Assembly (NCBI GenBank): GCA_003142595.1
Contig: PLMU01000006.1
Location: forward strand, 282,325 to 346,324
Length of the DNA stretch: 64,000 bases
Source of the DNA: Phycisphaerales bacterium
Lineage (GTDB): Bacteria; Planctomycetota; Phycisphaerae; Sedimentisphaerales; UBA12454
Reading direction: 5' to 3'
Positions 42,875-51,792 of the stretch are shown piece after piece; positions within the stretch are counted from its first letter, which is position 1, and the number at the start of each line of letters is the position of its first letter. The position numbers were made by a program, and so were the translations under genes. A model generated the notes under the pieces. It saw nothing but the letters and a program-made list of their open reading frames with translations, did not search any database and was not told where the DNA came from.

Positions 42875-44737
42875 ATGTGCGGCATTGTAGCTTATCTTGG
42901 CAAAAAACCGGCTCAGCCGATTTTAATAGAAGGCCTAAAACGACTTGAGTACAGGGGTTATGATTCTGCGGGTTTGGGCCTGATAAATGGCAGCGAGATA
43001 AAAATCATTAAATCCAGCGGCCGGATAAGCGTTCTCGAGGAAATTCTCGGCGAGCCCGACCCGAAAGAAGTTGTCGGCATTGGCCACACTCGCTGGGCTA
43101 CGCACGGCCAGCCGAACACTATAAATGCTCATCCGCACTTGGATTACACCGGCAAAATTGCGCTCGCTCACAACGGCATTATCGAAAATTACAGCACATT
43201 AAAAACCTGGCTCATCAGCAAAGGCTGCACTTTCAAAAGTGAGACCGATACTGAAGTTATAGCCAATCTTATTGGTTATTTATATTCGAATACTGACGGC
43301 AAAGATTGTCCCAAAGACGACCAGAACCGTTTTGAATGGGCTGTGCAGCACGCCTTGAACGAGCTTGTCGGAACTTATGGCCTGGCCATAATTTGCGCCG
43401 ATTTTCCTGAAATGTTGATTGGCGCGAAAAAAGGCAGTCCGTTGATTTTGGGTCTTGGCAAAAATGAATATGTTATTGCTTCAGACGCCGCCGCGATTGT
43501 AGAGCATACAACTCAGGTTATTTATCTCTCTGATAATGAAATGGTTACAATCACCCCTCAGGGTTTTCACACAAAAACAATTGACAACGTTGAAATCCAT
43601 AAAGAGCTCAAGCAGATAGAATTTTCACTCAACGCGATTGAGCTCGACGGTTTTAAACATTATATGCTGAAGGAAATCTACGAGCAGCCCAAAGCCCTTG
43701 GAATGTGCCTTGGCGGCAGACTTGATTTGCGCGACAACAGGGTAGTGCTCGGCGGAATAGGCAAATACTGGCGCGAATTTACAAGATCAAAAAGAATTAT
43801 CATTAACGCCTGCGGAACCGCCTGGCATGCAGGTCTTATCGGCGAATTCCTCATCGAGCAATTAGCCAGAATCAACGCCGAGACTCAGTATGCAAGCGAA
43901 TTTCGTTATCGCAATCCGATTATCGAAGACGATACGGTAGTTATCGCAATCAGCCAGTCGGGCGAAACAGCCGATACTCTTGCCGCTGTTGAGCAGGCCA
44001 GGGAACGCGGCGCGATAACGCTTGGCATTGTTAATGTCGTAGGCTCAACCATTGCCAGGACTACCGATGCGGGAGTGTATCTGAGGGTCGGTCCTGAAAT
44101 CGGAGTCGCGAGCACAAAGGCTTTCACCGCTCAGGTCGCTGTACTTGCTATGTTGGGCATTGAACTTGGCAGAAGAAGACATCTTTCTGCTGAGCAGGTC
44201 AGATGTTATATTCAAGAGCTTTCAAGAATTCCTTCGAAAATCGAAGATGTTCTTACTCTTTCAGACCATATTAAAAAAATTGCCGAAGCGACGTGTGACA
44301 GAGAGAATTGGCTCTTTTTGGGCAGAGGGTTTAATTATCCGGTCGCTTTGGAAGGTGCGCTTAAACTAAAAGAGATAAGTTATATTCACGCAGAAGGCTT
44401 GCCCGCCGCGGAAATGAAACACGGCCCAATCGCTCTCATAACTAAAGGTATGCCGGCGGTTTTCATTGCGACCAAATGTTCGCAATACGACAAAATTATC
44501 GGCAATATCGAAGAAGTAAGAGCTCGCGGCGGGAGGACAATTGTTGTCGCCAACAAAGGCGATGATAACATCCGTCCATACGCTGATTTTCTTATTGAGG
44601 TGCCCGAAGTGTTAGAGGAATTTCAGCCGATGGTTACCGTAGTGCCGCTGCAAATTCTGGCGTATCACGCTGCCGTCCTCCGCGGCCATGATGTTGACAA
44701 ACCGCGCAACCTGGCAAAAAGCGTTACGGTCGAATAA
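42875..44737 (+). CDS. glmS: Glutamine--fructose-6-phosphate aminotransferase
   Basis: 620 aa. It begins MCGIVAY (Ntn Cys), has two SIS domains, and ends in the canonical ..DKPRNLAKSVTVE. Confidence 0.95.
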   Translation: MCGIVAYLGKKPAQPILIEGLKRLEYRGYDSAGLGLINGSEIKIIKSSGRISVLEEILGEPDPKEVVGIGHTRWATHGQPNTINAHPHLDYTGKIALAHNGIIENYSTLKTWLISKGCTFKSETDTEVIANLIGYLYSNTDGKDCPKDDQNRFEWAVQHALNELVGTYGLAIICADFPEMLIGAKKGSPLILGLGKNEYVIASDAAAIVEHTTQVIYLSDNEMVTITPQGFHTKTIDNVEIHKELKQIEFSLNAIELDGFKHYMLKEIYEQPKALGMCLGGRLDLRDNRVVLGGIGKYWREFTRSKRIIINACGTAWHAGLIGEFLIEQLARINAETQYASEFRYRNPIIEDDTVVIAISQSGETADTLAAVEQARERGAITLGIVNVVGSTIARTTDAGVYLRVGPEIGVASTKAFTAQVAVLAMLGIELGRRRHLSAEQVRCYIQELSRIPSKIEDVLTLSDHIKKIAEATCDRENWLFLGRGFNYPVALEGALKLKEISYIHAEGLPAAEMKHGPIALITKGMPAVFIATKCSQYDKIIGNIEEVRARGGRTIVVANKGDDNIRPYADFLIEVPEVLEEFQPMVTVVPLQILAYHAAVLRGHDVDKPRNLAKSVTVE

Positions 44738-44757
44738 AAAAACGCCGGTAGTTACAG

Positions 44758-45045
44758 TTAAACATCTTCTACAAGAATTGCTTTGGCCGTATCTGTAAGC
44801 ACTTTAGCTTTGTGTTTTTTACCTGCCGGTATAAAGACGCCATCTCCCTGACCTAAAGTTATTATTTTTCCATCGAAATTTATTTCCATTTGTCCTTCAA
44901 GTAAATAACCGATATGCCCTTTGACACACCCGTCCTGCTCGACAAATTCATTACCGAACTCTACTAATCGAAGTTTTCTGCCGCCTTGTTCATAAGCCTT
45001 GAACCTTACACCAGCCGCAGGCGAAGACGGATTTCTTCCACTCAT
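44758..45045 (-). CDS. Small cupin-domain protein
   Basis: 95 aa. GHIGYLLEGQMEINFDGK...GDGVFIPAGKKHKA is a cupin_2-like two-motif pattern. Confidence 0.65.
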   Translation of the reverse strand: MSGRNPSSPAAGVRFKAYEQGGRKLRLVEFGNEFVEQDGCVKGHIGYLLEGQMEINFDGKIITLGQGDGVFIPAGKKHKAKVLTDTAKAILVEDV

Positions 45046-45137
45046 TAATAAGGACTTGCGACAATTTCTCCCACGTATTTAAACGACTTATCGAAGCGGA
45101 GCGTCGGAGCGAAGCGCAGACCCCGACGCATCGGGGC

Positions 45138-45551
45138 TTAGTTTTTAGGTTTCTTATGTTTGTCCCGCATAGCCTGGAAATCTTTATTCCATTGCTCGAA
45201 TTGCTGAGGTGTTAAGACCGTTTTCATATCAGCGATTAATGTCTGAATATCAGCCTCACGCTGTTTGTCCTGCGCCTCATTATTAGCTTTCATTTTCATA
45301 AACGCATTGGTAGTAATTGCTTGCACCTGCGCAGTTTGCTGAGGATTCAAACCGTATTTTTCAGTTATTTCCTTTGTTATATCATTAGCGTCTTTATGCG
45401 GCCGGCTAACCCATATAACTCTTTGTTTTATAAGCATTATGGTTCCGCCTGCTCCGATTACAATGCCGGAAGCGAAGATTATGAAGATGCAAAAGAATCG
45501 CAGGAACTTATTGCAAGGCCGACACTTAGAAATATTTTCTTCTATTACCAT
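45138..45551 (-). CDS. Membrane-anchored LTXXQ-motif (CpxP/Spy-like) periplasmic protein
   Basis: 137 aa with one TM. It has LNPQQTAQV and VLTPQQFEQW motifs and is helical and charged. It is the last gene of the ECF sigma operon. Confidence 0.55.
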   Translation of the reverse strand: MVIEENISKCRPCNKFLRFFCIFIIFASGIVIGAGGTIMLIKQRVIWVSRPHKDANDITKEITEKYGLNPQQTAQVQAITTNAFMKMKANNEAQDKQREADIQTLIADMKTVLTPQQFEQWNKDFQAMRDKHKKPKN

Positions 45552-45811
45552 AATGATACTCCCTGATATGGCGACAATAATTGATATAACGGGTTAAATA
45601 CGGTTTGCCAGGCCTGAATCGAAAAGAAAACAACAATCGAAGCGGCGACGGCACTTACTCCGGCAAAAATTTCGAACGGCCAAAGTCCTGTCGGCTGGCG
45701 TTCAATAAGGTCGATTTGGGCCATAACTCTATTGGAGACACTAAATTGCGGAACGGCCTCGATTCGTGCCTTTTGAGCTAGTTTTTCTATAATATCGAAT
45801 ATTTTATCCAT
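45545..45811 (-). CDS. Putative single-pass anti-sigma factor
   Basis: 88 aa with one TM (FAGVSAVAASIVVFFSI). Its start overlaps the ECF sigma stop (shared nt 45811) and it overlaps the next gene by 7 nt. The assignment rests on position only. Confidence 0.45.
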   Translation of the reverse strand: MDKIFDIIEKLAQKARIEAVPQFSVSNRVMAQIDLIERQPTGLWPFEIFAGVSAVAASIVVFFSIQAWQTVFNPLYQLLSPYQGVSLW

Positions 45812-46365
45812 TAGAATTTCTCCAAAAATTTTTCTTTTTCAGCGATTTTTTTCAGTTTTCCGCGGGCTCTCATCGCCCGCATTTTTGTTCCGGCTTTTGT
45901 CCAGCCCATCCGTTTTGCGATTTCTTCGATGGAACATTCTTCAAAATACATCAGCGTAAGTATCAGCCGGTCATCAGGATGCAAACGAGCAAGCAAGGAA
46001 TGTAAAACATCCGCAGCCTGAGTTGCGTCAATCGTATCTGTATCGGTTTTGGCCGCGACATCGAAATCTTCTAATGAAATAAACTGCCTTGAGCGGTCGC
46101 GCTGCTTCCAAAATCTGTAGCCAACGCGAGTTGCGATAATGCTTAGCCAATGCAAAAACGGGCCCTGAGCTCTGTAGCTTTTGAGGCTAAAATACGCATC
46201 GACAAAGACATCCTGAACAAGCTGCTCACATTCAGTCCTGTCGCGCGTAAAACGCCACATTAGCCTGACTATCTGCTGCTCATATCTTTGCACGAGCCGC
46301 CGGTAAGCTTCATCGTCGCCATTTAAACAGGCCTGAATGTCCTTTAAGTCCGTTTCCACGAACAT
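45811..46365 (-). CDS. ECF-type RNA polymerase sigma-70 family factor
   Basis: 184 aa. Region 2 is AYRRLVQRYEQQIVRLMWRFTRDRTECEQLVQDVFVDAY. Region 4 is LHPDDRLILTLMYFEECSIEEIAKRMGWTKAGTKMRAMRARGKL. Confidence 0.85.
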   Translation of the reverse strand: MFVETDLKDIQACLNGDDEAYRRLVQRYEQQIVRLMWRFTRDRTECEQLVQDVFVDAYFSLKSYRAQGPFLHWLSIIATRVGYRFWKQRDRSRQFISLEDFDVAAKTDTDTIDATQAADVLHSLLARLHPDDRLILTLMYFEECSIEEIAKRMGWTKAGTKMRAMRARGKLKKIAEKEKFLEKF

Positions 46366-46460
46366 ATTATAATGAAAAAGAGCAAAGTATCCATAGTTTG
46401 TTTCGACACCTTTCCACTTAATTAGTGGATCGATTGGGGTATCGGTAACAGGGAAAGTGG

Positions 46461-46571
46461 AAAACTAAAAGTGAAAAGTGAGTAAAAAGTAAGCAAAAAT
46501 TCACAAAAATCGACAGAAATTTCAGTTTTTGAGGGAGTTTTTACAGGTTTTTGGGGTTTTTCCCAATTTTT
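46461..46571. promoter_or_regulatory. Phased A-tract then T-tract segment (probable intrinsically curved DNA) upstream of the ECF sigma operon
   Basis: A4-5 runs are centred near 46462, 46468, 46475, 46486, 46497, 46507 and 46518. T5 runs are centred near 46528, 46540, 46550, 46559 and 46569. Most spacings are 10-12 bp. Confidence 0.6.
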
Positions 46572-46627
46572 GAATGTGCTTGGCCATGCCTTACGGCATC
46601 TCCCTGCGAGAATAAACTGCGGCGGAA

Positions 46628-47821
46628 CTAATGAGGAAGGGCTGCGCCTGCGGCCGGCAGGATATATCGCTGAAGCATATCCAACGGCTGGTTCATCAAA
46701 ATGTTGTCGTTTAAGCCGGTAAATACGGCAACAATTTTCTGTTCCGGAAAGACAAAAATGAATTGACCTCCCCGTCCTCTGGCGCTATAGGATTCGATTA
46801 CACGATTGCCCACGTTAAATGAACCAAGCCACCATTGATATCCATATCCGTTTGCCTGCACCCAGGCAGGAATTTGAGCGGCGTCGATGTAATTTTTCGT
46901 CGATTCCCTGACCCACTGCTCACTGATAATCTGTTTTCCCTGCCATCGCCCGCCATTCAAAAAGAGGAGCCCAATTTTGGCCATATCTCGCGGGCGCAAA
47001 AAGAGACCTCCACCGGTTTCAACAAGGTCATTGGGAAGTTTCGCCCAATAATAATCAGAAATGCCGAGCGGTCCAAAAAGATATTTCTCAGCGAACTTGT
47101 CCGTCGGCATCCCAGAAACCTTTTGGATTATCCTGCCCAGAGCGATGGAAATGCCGGTGTCGTAGGCAAATTGTTCGCCCGGCGCGGCGACTAACGGCCT
47201 TTCAAGAACATATCGAATGGGGTCAGGACTGAGAAGCGACTTGAGTGCATCATTACGTGCATCAGCATAGGGATACGTCCATTCATCCCATGACAGACCT
47301 GCAGTCATAGAAAGAAAGTGTTTCAGGTGAATCGCATCTTTTTTAGTGTCGGCAAATATTCCTGCATATTCCGGAAAGAAGTCGGAAATTTTTTCATCGA
47401 CGCCGCAAATCAGATGCTGTTCAATAGCCAAGCCTATTAGAATGGAAGTCACACTTTTTGTCGCAGAGTACAACTGCTGAGGCGAGACCCGCTTAACTGC
47501 TCGAAATTGCTGGTCAGACAAAACATCCTGGCGAGGAAAATACTCCTCGACGACGAGTTTGGAGTTTTTGACGATGACAACGCTGTAAATGTTTTTGTAA
47601 GTATTGTCGCTGATTCGCTGGAACAAATCCCTGAATAAATTGACATCGAGGTTCTCACTGCTCAAAGAGGCGGTCTGCCAGCCGTCATTTATTTTTTCCG
47701 GAACGATATATTGATAAGGCCTGACATTATTGGCGGGGGTTTCTCCTTTTACGTAACCTTGAATGACGAGAAAGGCCGCCATAAATGCAAAAATCTCAAG
47801 ACCAACTCGTATGTAACGCAT
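46628..47821 (-). CDS. Secreted serine hydrolase of the beta-lactamase / PBP4*-like (class C-type) family
   Basis: 397 aa with a signal-like N-terminus. It has an SxxK motif (YSATKSVTS). Length and general pattern fit beta-lactamase-related esterases. Confidence 0.75.
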   Translation of the reverse strand: MRYIRVGLEIFAFMAAFLVIQGYVKGETPANNVRPYQYIVPEKINDGWQTASLSSENLDVNLFRDLFQRISDNTYKNIYSVVIVKNSKLVVEEYFPRQDVLSDQQFRAVKRVSPQQLYSATKSVTSILIGLAIEQHLICGVDEKISDFFPEYAGIFADTKKDAIHLKHFLSMTAGLSWDEWTYPYADARNDALKSLLSPDPIRYVLERPLVAAPGEQFAYDTGISIALGRIIQKVSGMPTDKFAEKYLFGPLGISDYYWAKLPNDLVETGGGLFLRPRDMAKIGLLFLNGGRWQGKQIISEQWVRESTKNYIDAAQIPAWVQANGYGYQWWLGSFNVGNRVIESYSARGRGGQFIFVFPEQKIVAVFTGLNDNILMNQPLDMLQRYILPAAGAALPH

Positions 47822-47980
47822 CGCATTGACTCCTGTTGTTATTCTTAACGTTTACCTATTTATGATTTTTAATTTTTCTTTGCTGCCATTCTTAGTTGTT
47901 CGTAAAAATTCTAACTCTTTTTCATTTCAAATTCAACCAATTCTCTTCGTTTTTAAAAAACCTTAAAACATCAAAAAACA

Positions 47981-48082
47981 GCTCGCGGCAGCATCAGCAT
48001 CGGAGTCGGAATAGTCTTCGGCTTATATCCGGCGATAAACGCGGCAAAGGTTGACCCCATCATAGCATTAAAGCATGAGTAA
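47981..48082 (+). pseudogene. Relic of the C-terminal end of an FtsX/MacB-type ABC permease
   Basis: Translation [33 protein letters not shown] matches the conserved C-terminal end of FtsX-family permeases (..G..P A.rAa.ldPi.ALr.E*). An in-frame TAA lies about 27 nt upstream, so only about 33 homologous codons survive. Confidence 0.55.
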
Positions 48083-48122
48083 CCGTTGCTTGCACCGCTG
48101 ATTATGATATAATAATCCGCAT

Positions 48123-49814
48123 ATGACTGTCAGGGATGAAAGACTGTTTGAAAAATTATTGATACCTCCCAAGAAAGTAACTTTTCGACAAGGTTATTTT
48201 CAATTCAACGATTTGTTTAAAACATATCACGATAAAGCAATCAAAGACAGCGAAGGATATAAATTAAAAATCCTGCCCGGCGGAGTTGAAATCTATTCTG
48301 CGGCAGATGCCGGAACTTATTACGCTATTCAAACTTTAAAAGACCTTACAGCTCTTTTTAGAAATAAACTGCCCTGTTGTATCATAGAGGATTGGCCGGA
48401 CTTTAAAAGACGAGGCGTTTACCTGGACTGCTCGCGGGGAAAAGTGCCGAAATTAAGCACATTAAAAGATTTGGCTATACGTCTTGCACATTGGAAAATC
48501 AATGAACTTCAGCTTTATATCGAAAACGTCTTTACCTTCAAAAAACATCCTGAAATCGGTAAAGGATATAGTCCATTTACGCCTGATGAGCTTCTTGAAT
48601 TGCAGAGCCATTGCAAAAAACATCATATAAGACTGGTTGGCTCGCTGGCAAGTTTCGGGCATTTTGAAAAAATCCTTGCCCTGCTGAAATACCGGCACCT
48701 GGGCGAAATGCCGGGTTTTCGCGGATTTCCGGGCGGCACAACTCTCTGCCCTGTCGACCCGGTTTCAATAAAACTTGTCGGCGAACTTTACAGCGAATTT
48801 GTTCCGCTGTTTGAGGCAGAAGATTTCAATGTCTGCTGCGATGAAACATGGGAACTTGGCAAAGGCAGAAGCAAAAAACTTGCCGACCGTATCGGAACGG
48901 GCAAAGTTTATCTTGATTTCCTTTTGAAAATTCATCGGCTGTGTCAAAAATATGGAAAGCGAATGAATCTCTGGGCGGATATCGTTTTAAAATATCCTGA
49001 ATTATTGAACAAATTGCCGAAGGATATTGTTCTGCTCAATTGGGAGTATGAACAAAACGGAAAAAATATCTATCGAACCAAAGAACTGGCAAAAGCGAAA
49101 TTGCCTTTTATGGTTTGTCCCGGCACAAGCGGCTGGCTGACACACGGGTCGCGTCTGTCCAACTCAATGGCAAACGTAATGAACTTTGCCAAGCAAGGCC
49201 GCAAATTCGGCGCTGAAGGTCTGCTTAATACAGACTGGGGAGACAACGGCCATCGTAATTTCCTGGGTGTCAGCCTTCATAGTTTCGCACACGGTGCGGC
49301 ACATAGCTGGAACGGCAAGGCAGTGGATAATAATAAATTTACTGAGAACTTTTGCAATCATTTTTTCCGTCAACCCAGTCTTGCTAAAATAATTAAAGTA
49401 TTAGGAAATAATTATCTTACCTGCGGAACTAATGTTCTAAACAGGAGCTGGCTGTATTTTGCACTTGTTGAGCCTGTAAAAAATATTGAGTCTGATAGTT
49501 ATATAAACTTAATGAATGAAAAGGGATTAAAGAAAATAATAGAACAGTTTTCTGATGAGTCGATTTGGCCAAAATTGTCAAAGACAGAAAACTTTAAAAA
49601 AACGGCTTATGAGGAATTGAAACTGGCAGGACAAATGGATTGTCTTGCAGCCAAACGATCGCTGGCATTAAAAAAGAAAAAATATCCAGAACTGCGGCAG
49701 ATGAAAAAACAAATTCAGAAAATGGCGGACAATTTTAAAAGATTGTGGCTGCTGCAAAACAAAGTATCAAGATTAAATGACAATTTACAATTATTCAGGA
49801 AAATATGCGAATAA
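48123..49814 (+). CDS. Glycoside hydrolase family 20-like protein (beta-N-acetylhexosaminidase-like)
   Basis: 563 aa. YKLKILPGGVEIYSAADAGTYYAIQTLKDL (GH20 N-terminal domain-like). IEDWPDFKRRGVYLDCSRGKVPKLSTLKDLAIRLAHWKINELQLYIEN (start of the GH20 TIM barrel). A D-E pair lies in FNVCCDETWELG. No signal peptide is apparent. Confidence 0.7.
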   Translation: MTVRDERLFEKLLIPPKKVTFRQGYFQFNDLFKTYHDKAIKDSEGYKLKILPGGVEIYSAADAGTYYAIQTLKDLTALFRNKLPCCIIEDWPDFKRRGVYLDCSRGKVPKLSTLKDLAIRLAHWKINELQLYIENVFTFKKHPEIGKGYSPFTPDELLELQSHCKKHHIRLVGSLASFGHFEKILALLKYRHLGEMPGFRGFPGGTTLCPVDPVSIKLVGELYSEFVPLFEAEDFNVCCDETWELGKGRSKKLADRIGTGKVYLDFLLKIHRLCQKYGKRMNLWADIVLKYPELLNKLPKDIVLLNWEYEQNGKNIYRTKELAKAKLPFMVCPGTSGWLTHGSRLSNSMANVMNFAKQGRKFGAEGLLNTDWGDNGHRNFLGVSLHSFAHGAAHSWNGKAVDNNKFTENFCNHFFRQPSLAKIIKVLGNNYLTCGTNVLNRSWLYFALVEPVKNIESDSYINLMNEKGLKKIIEQFSDESIWPKLSKTENFKKTAYEELKLAGQMDCLAAKRSLALKKKKYPELRQMKKQIQKMADNFKRLWLLQNKVSRLNDNLQLFRKICE

Positions 49815-50896
49815 TCGGTCTTATGTCAGGAACAAGCGCCGACGGCGTCGATGCGGCTGCTATCGATATTAAAAACGACAAGGTCAAACTGCTTGCTTTC
49901 GACACATTTAACTATTCGCCGGCTCTGCGCCGAAATATTCTCGAACTTGGCGAACAGAAAACCTGCCGGCCGGGTGATATATCAAGTCTGAATTTTCAAC
50001 TCGGAGAGGTTTTTGCTGATGCAGTTATAAAACTGTGCAAGAAAAACAAAATAAATTTAAAGACCATCGATTTAATCGGCTCACACGGACAAACTATTTT
50101 TCACAAGCCCGCTTGTAATACTCTTCAAATTGGAGAGCCTTCTATAATCGCTTATAAAACGGGTATAACTACAATTGCGGATTTCAGGCCAAAAGACATT
50201 GCCGCAGGCGGACAAGGGGCGCCGCTGGTGCCATTTGCAGATTACTGGCTGTTTAAAAATAAAAAGAAAAGCAGAGCCATTCAAAATATCGGCGGAATAG
50301 CAAACGTTACATATCTCGCCGCAAACTGCAAACTGAAGGATATTATCGCTTTCGATACAGGGCCGGGAAATATGATAATTGACAGGCTTGTATTTCTGGC
50401 AACCAAAGGCAAACAGAATTTCGACAGGGATGGGAAAATAGCCGCCAAAGGCAAAATAAATATAAATTTACTGAATGAAATGATGTCGCATCCGTATTTT
50501 CGTCGCAGACCGCCAAAAACTACCGGCCGGGAGATGTTCGGCAGAAAATATACTGATGCGTTTTATAAAAAATTACCCAATGAAGATATTATAGCAACAG
50601 CAACCGCTTTTACTGCGATTAGTATTGCAGCGGCATATAAGAAATTTTTGCCGCGATTGCCTGATGAAATAATACTTTGCGGAGGCGGCACGAGAAATAA
50701 AACGCTTGTTAAAATGCTGGGACAGAATATAAAGAGCAAAATACTCTTTACGGACGATTTTGGCATTAACAGCGATGCGAAAGAGGCTGTATCGTTCGCG
50801 ATTCTGGCTTACGCGACAATTAAAGGCATAGCGAATAATGTTCCCAGTGCTACAGGGGCTAAAAAAGCTGTAATTTTAGGAAAAGTGATACCTTGA
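49805..50896 (+). CDS. anmK: Anhydro-N-acetylmuramic acid kinase
   Basis: 363 aa. MRIIGLMSGTSADGVDAA, GSHGQTIFH and FDTGPGNMIID are typical AnmK motifs. It overlaps the GH20 gene by 10 nt. Confidence 0.9.
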   Translation: MRIIGLMSGTSADGVDAAAIDIKNDKVKLLAFDTFNYSPALRRNILELGEQKTCRPGDISSLNFQLGEVFADAVIKLCKKNKINLKTIDLIGSHGQTIFHKPACNTLQIGEPSIIAYKTGITTIADFRPKDIAAGGQGAPLVPFADYWLFKNKKKSRAIQNIGGIANVTYLAANCKLKDIIAFDTGPGNMIIDRLVFLATKGKQNFDRDGKIAAKGKININLLNEMMSHPYFRRRPPKTTGREMFGRKYTDAFYKKLPNEDIIATATAFTAISIAAAYKKFLPRLPDEIILCGGGTRNKTLVKMLGQNIKSKILFTDDFGINSDAKEAVSFAILAYATIKGIANNVPSATGAKKAVILGKVIP

Positions 50897-51792
50897 AAAA
50901 ACATAAATTACTTCCGACAACAGAAAAACGTAACCGCAAAAGCGAAAATATCGACCGTTTGTCCGCCCTGCAGATAGTCAAACTTATCAATTCCCAGGAT
51001 TTGCTCGTGACGCCAGCGGTCGGTAAAGAAAGTAATAAAATCGCTGCGGCGGTCAATATGATAGTGGAACATTTCAAAATGAACGGACGATTATTTTATG
51101 TCGGGGCAGGAACAAGCGGCAGACTTGGCGTTCTGGATGCATCGGAATGCCCACCGACATTCGGAGTAAGCCCCCTGCTGGTGCAGGGAATTATCGCAGG
51201 CGGAAAACGGGCGTTAGTAAAAGCCGTCGAAGGCGCTGAAGATAAAGCAACCGACGGCGTTATCGCCATAAATAAAAATAAAATATCAGCAAAAGATGTT
51301 GTTGTCGGTATCGCGGCGTGCGGCCTGACGCCTTTTGTGCGGGCGGCCTTGAAACAAGCGATGAAAAAAGGAGCGGGCACGATTTTTATCACCTGTGCGC
51401 CAGAGGCTGTTAAGGGCATTCCTGCAAAAATTATCATAAATCCTGTCGTCGGGCCGGAGGTTATCACGGGCTCAACCCGAATGAAGGCCGGCACCGCGAC
51501 AAAACTTGTGCTTAATCTGCTGACCACTACGGCTATGATAAAAATGGGAAAAGTTTACGGCAATCTGATGGTTGACCTGAAGGCGACAAATAATAAATTG
51601 CGAGACAGGTCTATTAGAATTGTCTGTGAAATAACAGGTCTTTCAAAAACGAATTCGGCCAGGCTTCTCAAAAAAGCAAACGGGAGAGTCAAGACCGTAA
51701 TTGTGATGCATTTTCGTAATGCCGATTTAAACAACGCAGAAAAAATTCTTAATCAATGCGGCCAATCATTAAGGAAAGCCATAGGAAAATGA
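50893..51792 (+). CDS. murQ: N-acetylmuramic acid 6-phosphate etherase
   Basis: 299 aa. SIS-domain motif GAGTSGRLGVLDASECPPTFG and GSTRMKAGTATKLVLN. It has an ATGA overlap with anmK. Confidence 0.9.
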   Translation: MKKHKLLPTTEKRNRKSENIDRLSALQIVKLINSQDLLVTPAVGKESNKIAAAVNMIVEHFKMNGRLFYVGAGTSGRLGVLDASECPPTFGVSPLLVQGIIAGGKRALVKAVEGAEDKATDGVIAINKNKISAKDVVVGIAACGLTPFVRAALKQAMKKGAGTIFITCAPEAVKGIPAKIIINPVVGPEVITGSTRMKAGTATKLVLNLLTTTAMIKMGKVYGNLMVDLKATNNKLRDRSIRIVCEITGLSKTNSARLLKKANGRVKTVIVMHFRNADLNNAEKILNQCGQSLRKAIGK

